Shown piece after piece: positions 1-10,225 of a stretch of 64,000 bases of DNA. The DNA comes from an uncultured bacterium (lineage in GTDB: Bacteria > Acidobacteriota > HRBIN11 > JAKEFK01): contig CAVZQN010000008.1 of NCBI GenBank assembly GCA_963777505.1, positions 64,001 to 128,000 of the forward strand, in the 5' to 3' direction. Both the position numbers and the translations under genes were made by a program. How positions within the stretch are numbered: position 1 is the stretch's first letter; every line of letters begins with the position of its first letter. The notes under the pieces are model-generated. The model was not told where the DNA came from. It did no database searches and saw only the letters and a program-made list of their open reading frames with translations.

Positions 1-870
1 GCCGAAGGATGCGATCATGTTTGTTCATTTTGTGCAATTCCATCTATGCGCGGACGTTATCGCAGCCGAACCATTGATTCGATCTGTTCCGAAGCGCGAG
101 ATTTGGCGGCACAGGGCATAAAAGAACTCGTACTGATTTCTCAAGACAGCACAATCTACGGATGGGATCTTGGATTAAAAGAAGGCCTGGCAATCCTGCT
201 TCAAGAACTTGCAAAAACCGAAGGTGTTGAATGGCTTCGAATCATGTACTGCTATCCAACAAGCTTGCGAAAATCTTTTTTGCAGGTCATGGCTGAAACA
301 CCACAAGTTTGTTCGTACATCGATATGCCATTGCAGCATGCAAGCGGGTCAATGCTTAAACGAATGCAACGCGGCGGAAATGCTGATCAATATCGCCTGA
401 TGATTGACAACATTCGAAAAACCATCCCAGAAGTAGCAATTCGTACTACTTTTATTACAGGCTATCCCGGTGAAACCGACGCGGATTTTAATGAGTTATT
501 TGATTTCGTTCGGGATGTCGAATTCGATCGTGTCGGAATATTTACGTACAGCGATGAAGAAGGAACGGCTGGTTTCGATCACGATTCAAAAGTTCCGCAT
601 CAGATTGCCGTGGAGAGACGTCGCGAATTGATGACTCTGCAAGCAGCAATATCCAAAAAACACAATCGCTCTTTAATCGGCAGAAAGTTCCGAGTCTTAA
701 TGGATAAAAATGAGAGTAATCATTCAAGTGGCCGCCTATTCAGCCAGGCTCCCGACATCGATGGAATTGTACGCGTAAAAGGAACCGAAGCTCTTTGCGG
801 TGAGTTTGCGGATGTTTTAATAACGGGTGCCGGCGAGTATGATCTGAACGCCAGACCAGTTCAACAATGA
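1..870 (+). CDS. rimO: Ribosomal protein S12 methylthiotransferase RimO (5'-truncated by window edge)
   Basis: Frame is open from base 1: AEGCDHVCSFCAIP (radical SAM CxxxCxxC), then MRGRYRSR, YIDMPLQH, RTTFITGYPGET, QAPDIDG and a TRAM-like C-terminus. Confidence 0.9.
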   Translation, partial: AEGCDHVCSFCAIPSMRGRYRSRTIDSICSEARDLAAQGIKELVLISQDSTIYGWDLGLKEGLAILLQELAKTEGVEWLRIMYCYPTSLRKSFLQVMAETPQVCSYIDMPLQHASGSMLKRMQRGGNADQYRLMIDNIRKTIPEVAIRTTFITGYPGETDADFNELFDFVRDVEFDRVGIFTYSDEEGTAGFDHDSKVPHQIAVERRRELMTLQAAISKKHNRSLIGRKFRVLMDKNESNHSSGRLFSQAPDIDGIVRVKGTEALCGEFADVLITGAGEYDLNARPVQQ

Positions 871-1839
871 TTACTGTCGTTATTTATGACAAGCAGACAA
901 AAAATCTGACTTTTCATGAAAACGTTGACTGGCGAAAAATTGAAACAAAGCCTGAAAACCTGTACTGGTGGGATCTCTTCAACTTAACTGAGGATGAAAC
1001 GCTAATCCTCAGCGAAAAATTCCACTTCCATCCACTGGCAATTGAAGATTGTCTCCAGGATGTTCACTACCCTAAGGTCGATTATTACGAATCCTACCTC
1101 TATTTAGTTGTTCATGGAGTTGATATCGATCTCTCTTGCACAGAAGGGTTCACTCCAAAGGAACTCGATGTCTTTCTTGGCGAAAATTATCTGATTACGT
1201 ATCACGAAAAAGATTCGCGCTCCATCAACGATGTGATGCGCCGCGCGCGTGAACGAGTTCCATTGTTCGAATTCGGTGTTGATTTTGTTCTGTATTCCAT
1301 CCTGGATGTGATGGTCGTTCATTATCTTCCGGTTCTCGAATCAATCGAAGATCAACTTGGAAGAATCAGAAGACAAAATTTTCACGAATCCAAAACCCGA
1401 GGTTCTTCGTGAGATCCTGCAATTAAAGAGAACTGTCATCCGTTTAAAGAGAACGGTCTTTCCGCAGCGTGAGGTGATCAATCATCTTTCACGCAATGAA
1501 TATCAATTTGTGCACAAGCGAACGCAGGCATATTTCCGCGATGTTTACGATCATTTATACCGGATGGCTGAAATGACAGAATCATTTCGTGACATGAGTA
1601 CTGCAATGGTGGAAGCTTATTTATCGACTGTATCAAACCGGATGAATGAAATTATGAAGGTGCTTACAACCATCACAACAATCTTTATGCCTTTAACGGT
1701 CATAACCGGTATTTACGGTATGAATTTTGATCATATGCCTGAGTTGAGATGGCACTATGGCTATTTTCTGGTACTGATTGTGATGTTGGTGGTCGCATTC
1801 AGTCTCATTTTCTATTTTAGAAGAAAAAAGTGGCTGTAG
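867..1839 (+). CDS. corA: Magnesium/cobalt transporter CorA, split by a +1 frameshift near 1359
   Basis: ORF 867-1412 (FHFHPLAIEDC, PKVDYY) joins ORF 1357-1839 (MNEIMKVLT, ITGIYGMNF, two TM helices) if one base is removed at caacttggaagaa. Confidence 0.88.
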
Positions 1840-1844
1840 GAGTA

Positions 1845-2553
1845 ATGTTTCCACTAAGGAGATACAATCCGCTCGCGAACATTTCCGGTGATGAACGTAA
1901 TCATCATCGTTATTAACATACTTGTCTTTTTATATGAGTTTGCACTCGGCGAACGGCTTGATGCATTCATCCGTGATTATGGATTAACGCCGGTCCGTTT
2001 TTTCTGGGGAATTCAAAATGATGTTACAGATGCGATCATTCCCCTTTTCTCATCGATGTTTTTGCATGGAGGTTGGCTCCATCTGCTCGGGAATATGTGG
2101 TTCCTTTATATTTTTGGCGACAACGTTGAAGATCGCATGGGACACGGCCGTTATCTTTTTTATTACCTTTTGTGCGGAGTAGGCGCTGCCCTTTCTCAGA
2201 CCTTTTTGTTTCGTACGTCAAATATTCCTATGGTTGGCGCCAGTGGAGCGATTGCCGGTGTTCTCGGTGGATATTTTTTGTTATTTCCTCACTCACGAGT
2301 TTTAACTTTGGTTCCAATTTTTGTGTTTTTGCAAATAATGGAAATCCCGGCCGTTGTTTTTCTCGTCATCTGGTTCTTTTTCCAATTTATTTCAGGAACC
2401 TTTATCTCATCCGAAGCAGGCGGCGGAGTTGCCTGGTGGGCTCACATCGGCGGGTTTATCTCAGGCATGATTCTCATCTTTCTTTTTAAAAAAAAGGAAA
2501 CACGAAGCGCCGGTCCAATCTACGTAGATGAGCCACCCCGTTTTCAGATCTAA
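1845..2553 (+). CDS. Rhomboid family intramembrane serine protease (+1 frameshift near 1860)
   Basis: Motifs FLHGGWLHLLGNMWFL, VGASGAIAG, AWWAHIGG. ATG at 1845 after GGAG gives the typical MFPLRDTI start once one base is removed. Confidence 0.88.
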
Positions 2554-2562
2554 TCCAGCCAC

Positions 2563-3699
2563 TTATTTTTCGAGCACCCGCAATAATTCCTCATACTTTG
2601 CAGACTCCATAAGAGGTTGAGGAATCCAGCCGGCTGCATTCACATACGTCAAGTAAAGAAAGAAAGGAAAAAGAAGAAATTGAAATGCTTTACGGTTCAA
2701 AAGATGATCCAGTGGGATCAACAAACAAAAAGGTGCGAGCATCAGCAGATGACGGTGAAGACCAAAATCAAAAATGAATAACGAAAAAATGTAAAAAACC
2801 AGACAATAAATAAACAAAGGGCGATTCTTTGTCAGAGCAAGAAGTCCGATTCCATAAATCGTATACAACATGTAATACATAGTCGTGCTATGGAAGTTCA
2901 CTTTTGAAGCATAGAGCCGGTAAACTTCTAAAGGGGGAAAACGAATAAACCCAACATGATCAGCATTCCATTTGAAATACGCAAAAAAATCTCCGAAGAA
3001 AAAATGGTACGCAATAAAAAGTCCCAGGATGCCAATGCCACTAATGGGAAGAAGAGCGAGTGGTTTCCACTTACGGTCTAAAAGATATAAAAGGCCGAAA
3101 ATTGGAATCAATAAAACACCTGTAATGCGTGTCAAAGTGGCAAGAATGATGCACAGCAAAAGCAGGCCAATCCGGTTTGAGTAATATGCAAGTAAGGCTC
3201 CGAAAACGAAACACAGGAACAGAGGTTCTGTCGCTCCAATCACATGACTAATCAACCATCTGGCTGGAAAAAAACAGAACAAAATTGCGGTCCACATTGG
3301 GGATATCACCAACCTTTGCGACCGCAACAAACGATAGAGCAAAATGATGCATGCCACTGATGAAACTTGCGTTGCAAGGACCATCGCCACTGGATAGTTT
3401 CCTCCAGTGAAAATAGTCATGAACCGGATCAGCAATGGGTATGCCGGTAGATGTGAAGCAAAATAAATGGGTGGAAGATAAGGTCGAAAGGGATGCTCAG
3501 CCGGAATGTTATAACCCACCTTCGCAATGTACATATACATTGGGCCATCCCAATGCCGATAAACAAGATCCATTTGATTGCGGAATGAAAAAAGTAATGC
3601 AACGGAAGATAGGATCATTACCAGAGCAATCCATATCTCTGGACGTTTTCTAATTGAGGAATTCTGAGCAATTAGAGTTTCAACGAATCCTGGATTCAT
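2563..3699 (-). CDS. Polytopic membrane protein, GT-C/mannosyltransferase-like
   Basis: N-terminal TM followed by RHWDGPMYMYIAKVGY, LPAYPLLIR, TEPLF and LTRITG, a pattern typical of PIG-V-like GT-C proteins; many TM segments. Confidence 0.55.
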   Translation of the reverse strand: MNPGFVETLIAQNSSIRKRPEIWIALVMILSSVALLFSFRNQMDLVYRHWDGPMYMYIAKVGYNIPAEHPFRPYLPPIYFASHLPAYPLLIRFMTIFTGGNYPVAMVLATQVSSVACIILLYRLLRSQRLVISPMWTAILFCFFPARWLISHVIGATEPLFLCFVFGALLAYYSNRIGLLLLCIILATLTRITGVLLIPIFGLLYLLDRKWKPLALLPISGIGILGLFIAYHFFFGDFFAYFKWNADHVGFIRFPPLEVYRLYASKVNFHSTTMYYMLYTIYGIGLLALTKNRPLFIYCLVFYIFSLFIFDFGLHRHLLMLAPFCLLIPLDHLLNRKAFQFLLFPFFLYLTYVNAAGWIPQPLMESAKYEELLRVLEK

Positions 3700-3846
3700 A
3701 GATAGCGATTTCAACTTCAGCTCAAGAACAGGCCAGTGTAGCACGCACTGATAAAAAGAAAACCTTTATGGTAGACTGTCCAAAGTTTTTGAAGTCCAAA
3801 CGAAAGTGAAGATTAAGGTGGGAGTTTTGGAAGAAATAATCCAATA

Positions 3847-6252
3847 ATGCCAAAACTCTATTTCTGTTTATTCTTTATTGCGTTTTCAGCCCTCACTCTT
3901 GAAGTTACACTTGCTCGCCTTTTAAGTAGTATTGCCTGGTATCATCTTGCGTTTTTCGCTTTATCCACTGCCATGCTAGGCATGACAGCGGGAGCAATCC
4001 GCGTTTATTTGAATCCGCAAAAATACAATTCCGCAAACCTTGAACCGATTCTGGCGGAGTCCTCTTTAAGATATTCACTCTCCATCCCTTTTATGTTGAT
4101 CATGCTTTGTCTTTTGCCGCTTGGATTTCATAAAACTGTCATGAGTTTGTTCACGATTTTAATTGCAACATTTCTTTGTTCACTTCCTTTTTATTTCTTT
4201 GGAATCATAACTACGACAGCTCTTACAAAATCCTCATTACCCATCGGAAAGCTTTATGCGTTCGATTTAATCGGAGCATCACTCGGATGCTTGTTTGCTC
4301 TGATTGGATTGGAAAATCTTGATGCACCAAGTCTCCTTTTGCTCTGCGCAAGTTTCGGCACTCTTGCGGGATTGTGTTTTTCTGAAACGTTACCGAAAGA
4401 GAAAAAAAATCGACTGATACTCTGTTACATCGTGTTGTTAGTCGGAACGATACTGAATGCTGCAACTCCATACGGCATACGGCCGTTGGTTGTGAAAGGA
4501 CTTATCGTTCCCGCCGAAAAAATTGTCTTGGAACGGTGGAATTCACTTTCAAGAGTCCTGGTATTTCAACAGACATTAAAAGTACCTCAACTTTGGGGAC
4601 CAAGCCCCGTCTTCCCTGATCAGAAAATTCTCGAACACATGATCAATATTGATGGCGATGCAGGCACTCACGTCAGGCCTTTTGAAACGATCAAAGATGT
4701 AATGCATCTGCGATATGACGTCGTCAATGTTCCTTACTATCTTCGCAGGAGCGGCGGCGCATGCATCATCGGAGTAGGAGGTGGGCGTGATCTTCAAAGC
4801 GCGCTCTTGTTCGGACATAAAAAGGTCGTAGGAATCGATGTCAATCCAATTTTCATTGATCTTCTTAAAAATGAATTTCGCGAATATGCCGGACTCGCCG
4901 ACCGTCCGGAAGTTCAATTGATTTCAGATGAAGCAAGAAGCTATCTAACCCGCAATCAGGAAAAATTTGCAATTCTTCAAATGTCTTTAATCGACACCTG
5001 GGCTTCGACAGGCGCGGGAAGCTTCTCTTTATCTGAAAACACACTGTATACAGTTGAGAGTTGGAAGATCTTTCTGAATCACCTTCAAAGTAACGGCATT
5101 TTTACGGTCTCGCGGTGGCACGATCCAAAAAATCTTGGAGAAACCGGACGCCTTTTCAGTCTCGCGATTGCTTCGCTTTTTAACGAAGGGATCAAAGATC
5201 CATCCAAACATCTGGCCTTAATTACAACCAATCAAATCTCAACGTTGCTGCTTTCACGATCTCCCTTTACTACTGATGAAATTCGCATGTTGAAAGCGAT
5301 TTGTTCGGAACTTCAATATACTCCGTCAATTCTTCCAGGAGATCCGATCGATCATCCAACGCTGCGCAAGATTCTTTCGGCAACCTCTAGGATTGACCTG
5401 GAACAAAAGATGAAAGATGAATCACTGAACTTCCTTCCTCCAACAGATGAAAGCCCATACTTCTTTAACATGTTGAAGATTGGGAGCATTGGAAATTTCT
5501 TAACCGATTGGGAAATTTTTGGACAGTTCCAGCATGGGATCTTAAAAGGAAACATGATTGCTACACTTACCCTTACGATGTTAACCGCAGGTTTATTTTT
5601 AATTGCACTTTTGACAATTATTTTCCCGCTGCTCTTTAAAACGAAGATCGAAAGAAAATCACCACTCGTAGTGCCGGGTGCTGCATATTTTGCTCTGATT
5701 GGTTCGGGTTTTATGCTGGTTGAAATCGCACTCGTGCAAAGGTTGTCAGTATTTCTTGGTCATCCAATCTATGCACTTGGGATCATTCTTTTTACACTGA
5801 TTTTGAGCACGGGAATTGGAAGCCTTCTGAGCGAGAAGATCGGTATTAACAAAATCTCCGTGCTGGTTCTTCCAATTTTGACAGCCAGCCTGATTATCGC
5901 GGAGCGTTTCCTGCTGAAATCAATCTTTCCAGTATTCATTCATCATGAAACCTTGCCAAAGATCGGAATCGCTATCGCTCTGCTTTTTCCATTAGGATTG
6001 TTATTTGGATGCTTTTTCCCGATTGGTATGCGTATGGTCAGAAATATTTCATCAAGCGAAACACCATGGTACTGGGCGTTGAATGGAATCTTTGGTGTAT
6101 TTTGTTCGGCGCTGGCTGTTTTTATTTCGATCTATCTGAGTATTTCTACGAATTTTTATCTAGGTGCATTCTGTTATGCTGCCCTGATTCCATGCCTCAT
6201 CATTTTGCAGAAAAAAATCAGACTGGTAGAGCACCAAACTGAACAGCAGTGA
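3847..6252 (+). CDS. Membrane protein with central spermidine-synthase-like SAM-binding domain
   Basis: TM-rich N- and C-termini around CIIGVGGGRD...GIDVNP, DEARSY and SLSENTLYTVE. Confidence 0.7.
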   Translation: MPKLYFCLFFIAFSALTLEVTLARLLSSIAWYHLAFFALSTAMLGMTAGAIRVYLNPQKYNSANLEPILAESSLRYSLSIPFMLIMLCLLPLGFHKTVMSLFTILIATFLCSLPFYFFGIITTTALTKSSLPIGKLYAFDLIGASLGCLFALIGLENLDAPSLLLLCASFGTLAGLCFSETLPKEKKNRLILCYIVLLVGTILNAATPYGIRPLVVKGLIVPAEKIVLERWNSLSRVLVFQQTLKVPQLWGPSPVFPDQKILEHMINIDGDAGTHVRPFETIKDVMHLRYDVVNVPYYLRRSGGACIIGVGGGRDLQSALLFGHKKVVGIDVNPIFIDLLKNEFREYAGLADRPEVQLISDEARSYLTRNQEKFAILQMSLIDTWASTGAGSFSLSENTLYTVESWKIFLNHLQSNGIFTVSRWHDPKNLGETGRLFSLAIASLFNEGIKDPSKHLALITTNQISTLLLSRSPFTTDEIRMLKAICSELQYTPSILPGDPIDHPTLRKILSATSRIDLEQKMKDESLNFLPPTDESPYFFNMLKIGSIGNFLTDWEIFGQFQHGILKGNMIATLTLTMLTAGLFLIALLTIIFPLLFKTKIERKSPLVVPGAAYFALIGSGFMLVEIALVQRLSVFLGHPIYALGIILFTLILSTGIGSLLSEKIGINKISVLVLPILTASLIIAERFLLKSIFPVFIHHETLPKIGIAIALLFPLGLLFGCFFPIGMRMVRNISSSETPWYWALNGIFGVFCSALAVFISIYLSISTNFYLGAFCYAALIPCLIILQKKIRLVEHQTEQQ

Positions 6253-6258
6253 CATACA

Positions 6259-7014
6259 TCAACCTACAAGGACTGCTCCGCCATTCACGTTAAGAATCTC
6301 ACCAGTAATAAAAGTTGCGAGGTGTGACGCAAGGAATAACACTGGACCAGCAATTTCCTCTGGCGTTCCGACTCTTCGTAATGGAATGAGCTGCACAATC
6401 TGTTTGTATTCCTCCTGATTCGAAAGCGAAGCCGCACTCATGTCAGTATCAACCCAGCCTGGCGCCACACAATTCACAAGGATCGATGGTCCAAGTTCTG
6501 ATGCCCAGGATTTTGTTAATGAAATAATTGCACCTTTTGTCGCAGCATAGTGCGAATGAAATGCTTCACCACGTTGCCCCGCTGTAGAAGAAATATTGAT
6601 GATGCGTCCCCTTCCTTGTTGCTTCATTTTCTGAACTGCATAACGCGTACAATAAACAAGCCCCGATAAATTCACTTCAAGCGTTTCTCGCCAGACTTCC
6701 TCGCTCATTTCATCGATCGGCGCATAGGTCCAGATTCCAGCATTGTTGACAAGTACATCAATTTTGCCAAATTGACTCGTCGCAGTTTCAATTAACTCCC
6801 GGCAATGCGCATCTTCAGCGTGATTGCCACGCACGGCAATCGCACTTCTACCTTCGGCTTGAATGAGGTTTACAACATTCTGAGCTTCCTTTTCGTTTTT
6901 GTAATAATCAAAAACAATGTCGGCACCTGCTTTTGCCATCAAAATTGCCGCAGCTTTGCCAATTCCGCGGGAGCCTCCTGTAATAACAACAACCTGACCC
7001 TTCAGAGATATCAC
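6259..7014 (-). CDS. SDR family oxidoreductase (FabG-like)
   Basis: TGGSRGIG, NNAG, YAATK and VNCVAPGWVDT. GTG start at 7014 follows a GGAG-rich RBS. Confidence 0.88.
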   Translation of the reverse strand: MISLKGQVVVITGGSRGIGKAAAILMAKAGADIVFDYYKNEKEAQNVVNLIQAEGRSAIAVRGNHAEDAHCRELIETATSQFGKIDVLVNNAGIWTYAPIDEMSEEVWRETLEVNLSGLVYCTRYAVQKMKQQGRGRIINISSTAGQRGEAFHSHYAATKGAIISLTKSWASELGPSILVNCVAPGWVDTDMSAASLSNQEEYKQIVQLIPLRRVGTPEEIAGPVLFLASHLATFITGEILNVNGGAVLVG

Positions 7015-7212
7015 TCCACTTCCTCCATATTTTTTGGTGATTGTGTGAGGCTGCTGTAAGTGAAAAGTCCTTGACAGCAATTGCCGTTGACACCCGCAAC
7101 CCATACTAGCCTAAGGCTTTAGCTTTTACAAATTGCGTTTTGACACCTTTCATTCACAGGTGACGATCGCATTCTTTTCGTTTGATCGTCGAGGCACAAA
7201 GAATCGGACTGA

Positions 7213-7228
7213 TGGCAATGGCTTTGCA
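7213..7228 (+). promoter_or_regulatory. Sigma54 (-24/-12) promoter for comEA-fimT
   Basis: TGGCAATGGCTTTGCA: GG-N10-GC, about 40 nt upstream of the comEA start. Confidence 0.6.
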
Positions 7229-7268
7229 TTTTGAAGAGGCATGAACACGCAACCAAGGAGGGTTGATG

Positions 7269-7565
7269 ATGAAAAAAGTCGTAACAAGTTTTGCGGTTTT
7301 TATGTTGGTATTTCTGGCTTGTTCTCAGATGGTTCTTGCTCAATCTGCGCCAGATCAAAAACCATCAGGGAAAGTTGTAAACATCAATACTGCAAGTCAG
7401 AGTGAATTGGAATCTTTACCTGGGATCGGTCCATCACTCGCTAAAAAGATTGTAGAGTTCAGGCAAAAAAATGGTGGATTCAAAAATCCAAGTGACTTGA
7501 TGGCAGTTCAAGGAATCGGCGAAAAGAAGTATGAAGAATTAAAGAATTTGATTTCAGTTAAATGA
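7269..7565 (+). CDS. comEA: ComEA family helix-hairpin-helix DNA-binding protein
   Basis: Signal peptide, then VNINTASQSELESLPGIGPSLAKKIVEFR...VQGIGEKKYE; AAGGAGG RBS. Confidence 0.88.
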   Translation: MKKVVTSFAVFMLVFLACSQMVLAQSAPDQKPSGKVVNINTASQSELESLPGIGPSLAKKIVEFRQKNGGFKNPSDLMAVQGIGEKKYEELKNLISVK

Positions 7566-7660
7566 GCACTCCATCCACTTCCACACGCTGATTCACCCAG
7601 GGCCGTCCAACCCTGCGGGAGGCTCCCTTCGGTGGATTCGAAGGGAGCCGGTCCCGAATC

Positions 7661-8296
7661 GTGGAGCAAACAATGATGGTGTCGATTCAATCTGATCTGA
7701 AGTTTCAGAAAGGAGCCACACTCCTTGAATTGTTAGTGGTTCTAACGTTGCTTGGAATTTTTCTTCTTGCACTCACTGCAGATTTATCAGGATCTGTTCG
7801 AAGAAAAGATTTCGAATTATTCGCCCGTGAACTAACAGTATTAATGGAACGGAGCCGCTGGAAAGCCTTAAATGAACGACGTTATGCTGGAATTGTCTTC
7901 AGTGTTCAAAACGGAATTTATCAAGCAGCCTTTCATGTAGATGGAAATGAAAATGGAATCCGTACAGCTGATGTGCGTGAAGGAATTGATCCTTTAATCG
8001 AACCACCGATTCGATTAACACGTGGATCAGGGGATATGCATGCTGGAATTTTAAGCAGCACAATTCCACAAATTCCGCCACGATCAGGTGTGATTGATCA
8101 ACCCGATGATCCAGTGAAATTCGGCCGTTCGGATATTGTGTCATTTTCACCAATGGGTGATTCCTCTTCCGGTACTTTGTATCTTGCTTGTGTCTCACAG
8201 AAACAAATGTATGCAATCGTCGTGTTTGGCCCAACTGCACGAATGAACATCTGGCGCTTCAGTAATTATCAGTGGCAAATGGTGGTAGATCGGTAG
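7661..8296 (+). CDS. GspH/FimT family pseudopilin
   Basis: Prepilin cleavage site QKG|ATLLELLVVL with a hydrophobic helix; SSGTLYL near the C-terminus. Confidence 0.75.
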   Translation: MEQTMMVSIQSDLKFQKGATLLELLVVLTLLGIFLLALTADLSGSVRRKDFELFARELTVLMERSRWKALNERRYAGIVFSVQNGIYQAAFHVDGNENGIRTADVREGIDPLIEPPIRLTRGSGDMHAGILSSTIPQIPPRSGVIDQPDDPVKFGRSDIVSFSPMGDSSSGTLYLACVSQKQMYAIVVFGPTARMNIWRFSNYQWQMVVDR

Positions 8297-8313
8297 GATC
8301 TCTCCAGGAGGTT

Positions 8314-8356
8314 GGGAGCGGACCTGTGCCCGCCCATAGTCCGCTCCCCTTTTTTT
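8314..8356 (+). terminator. Intrinsic terminator after fimT
   Basis: gggagcggac...gtccgctccc stem followed by T7. Confidence 0.7.
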
Positions 8357-8364
8357 AACCGCAG

Positions 8365-8865
8365 AGCACAACCGCCAAGACGCCAAGGACGTCAAGAAAA
8401 TAAAAATGCAAAATGATTGTAGGACATAAGGCAGGAATCAGAGGCTTGACTGATAGTTTGACTTCGATGGATAATTGGAGCAGCGATTGAGGTTCATCGA
8501 AATTTGGGTCCAGGTTTTTTGAATCATTTTACGAAAGCAGCCTTTTCATGAACTTAAATCGCCGTGGAATACCTTTTGAAAGATCAGGTATTGTTTCCCG
8601 TTTTGTATAAGGGTATTAAGATAGGGGAGAATCGGTTGGATCTGGTTATTGGCGAATTAATCATCGTCGAGCTTAAGTCGGTTGAAGCGCTAGTCCCTGT
8701 TTATATTGCTCAAGTAATTTCCTATTTAAGAGCGACAAAATACAAATTGGGTCTGTTAATCAACTTTAATGTCACAATCTTAAAATATGGCATCCGCTGG
8801 ATTATTTGTTCCGATTGAGATCTAAAAAGTAAATCTTGGCGCCTTGGCGTCTTGGCGGTTGAGCT
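8365..8865. mobile_element. Putative cassette: 8-nt-periodic inverted arms enclosing a GxxExxY gene
   Basis: Left arm agcacaaccgccaagacgccaagg (8365-8388) matches the reverse complement of 8842-8865 at 23/24 nt; repeat unit cgccaagR. Mobility is inferred, not shown. Confidence 0.55.
8446..8818 (+). pseudogene. GxxExxY family protein (PD-(D/E)XK-like), multiple frameshifts in 5' half; start approximate
   Basis: Reading across frames gives IIGAAIEVHRNLGPGF(L)ESFYE...RGIPF, then the intact YKGIKIGENRLDLVIGELIIVELKSVEAL...AQVISYLRATKYKLGLLINFN. Confidence 0.8.
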
Positions 8866-8889
8866 GTTATTTCGCTTTTGGAGGTATGG

Positions 8890-9877
8890 ATGAAGATTAC
8901 AGTCTTATTGATAGCATTTTTTTTTGTGGCAGTGGTTTGTTTTGCAGAGAGACCGGTGCATACGTATTCGATTGTCGGCTCGCGATCCAGAGACGGGACA
9001 GTTAGGAGTCGCCGTACAATCGCATTATTTTTCTGTGGGACAGAGAGTCCCCTGGGCAGAAGCAGGGATTGGTGCAGTTGCTACCCAATCCTTTACGGAA
9101 CTTACCTATGGTCCGTTGGGTTTGGAGTTGATGAAGGCTGGCAAAACAGCTCCCGTAGCATTGAAATCACTATTAGCAGCAGACCCTGGGATTGAAGTCA
9201 GGCAGGTCGCCATGATTGATGCTAAAGGAAATGTTGCTGCTCATACTGGCAAACAATGCATTCCGGATGCAGGTCATCAAATGGGCAAAAATTATTCTGT
9301 TCAAGCAAACTTAATGGCAAATCCGACGGTTTGGCCGGCAATGTCGGAAGCATTTGAAAAAGCCAAAGGTTCTCTAGCTGAAAAGATGTTGATCGCTCTG
9401 GAAGCCGCACAAGCGGCTGGTGGAGATATCCGTGGTGAACAATCTGCAGCAATCTTAGTCGTTGGCGCTGAAAAGACTGGTGTTTGGTGGAAGGATCGAA
9501 TCATTGATTTGCGAGTTGAAGATCATCCTCATCCATTAAAGGAATTGCGTCGTCTTCTGACAATTCAACAAGCTTATTACCATGAAGATCGGGGTGATGA
9601 GTACATTGCGGAAAAAAATCTTGAAGCTGCTTTTAGTGAATATGAAAAAGCTGCGAAATTGGCACCGGATAATGACGAATTAAAATTCTGGTATGCGTTG
9701 AGCATTTATACTGCAGGTGAAGAGAAAAGGGCGATGGAGTTGTTTCGAAACATATTCGCCAGAGACCGGCGTTGGTTGGACTTAATCGATCGACTGCCAG
9801 CAGCTGGCCTTCTTCTCAAGAATCAGCGCAGAAAATTAAAATTTTATTCCTGGAGAAATAGAGTTCTTGGCGGTTGA
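8890..9877 (+). CDS. DUF1028 family Ntn-hydrolase-like protein with C-terminal TPR (+1 frameshift near 8977)
   Basis: Signal peptide and HTYSIV join ARDPETGQLGVAVQSHYFSVG; AAGGDIRGEQSAA; DLRVEDHPHP. The extreme C-terminus may also be shifted. Confidence 0.8.
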
Positions 9878-9879
9878 GT

Positions 9880-10152
9880 TCACTGATTGTCTACGCTATC
9901 CATTACTTTTTCTTCTTCTTCCTGGCGGGCATGTTCTTCGCTACGAACTTCTTTAATGTCTTTTAATGCGTCAAACCCACGCTGCGGAGCCGAATTATTT
10001 TCACTGACACCGATTTCCTGAGATTCGGCAGGTTGTCTATCCTTTTGATGCTTTTGGAGTTCGTGTTCCGCTTCCATCTTGTCAAGTCTGCTCTCTCTTT
10101 TACAACCAACGACTAGCAGGGCGAGAACGGCTAAAACCAAAAGCTTACGCAT
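9880..10152 (-). CDS. Small lipoprotein, unknown function
   Basis: MRKLLVLAVLALLVVG|C lipobox. Confidence 0.65.
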   Translation of the reverse strand: MRKLLVLAVLALLVVGCKRESRLDKMEAEHELQKHQKDRQPAESQEIGVSENNSAPQRGFDALKDIKEVRSEEHARQEEEEKVMDSVDNQ

Positions 10153-10184
10153 GAGGAGATTCTACTCGAAATGGCGGAGGATTG

Positions 10185-10219
10185 AAAAAGCACGGTGCAA
10201 GGCTAAACCTTGCACCGTG
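10185..10219 (-). terminator. Intrinsic terminator after the DUF4331 gene
   Basis: Perfect 12-bp stem cacggtgcaagg/ccttgcaccgtg with a T-run on the minus strand. Confidence 0.7.
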
Positions 10220-10225
10220 AAAAGA

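Noticed and set aside
867-1839. Programmed frameshifting or genuine two-gene split of corA (and similar cases)
   Set aside because: No slippery heptamer or shared context; similar +1 events in unrelated genes fit sequencing error better.
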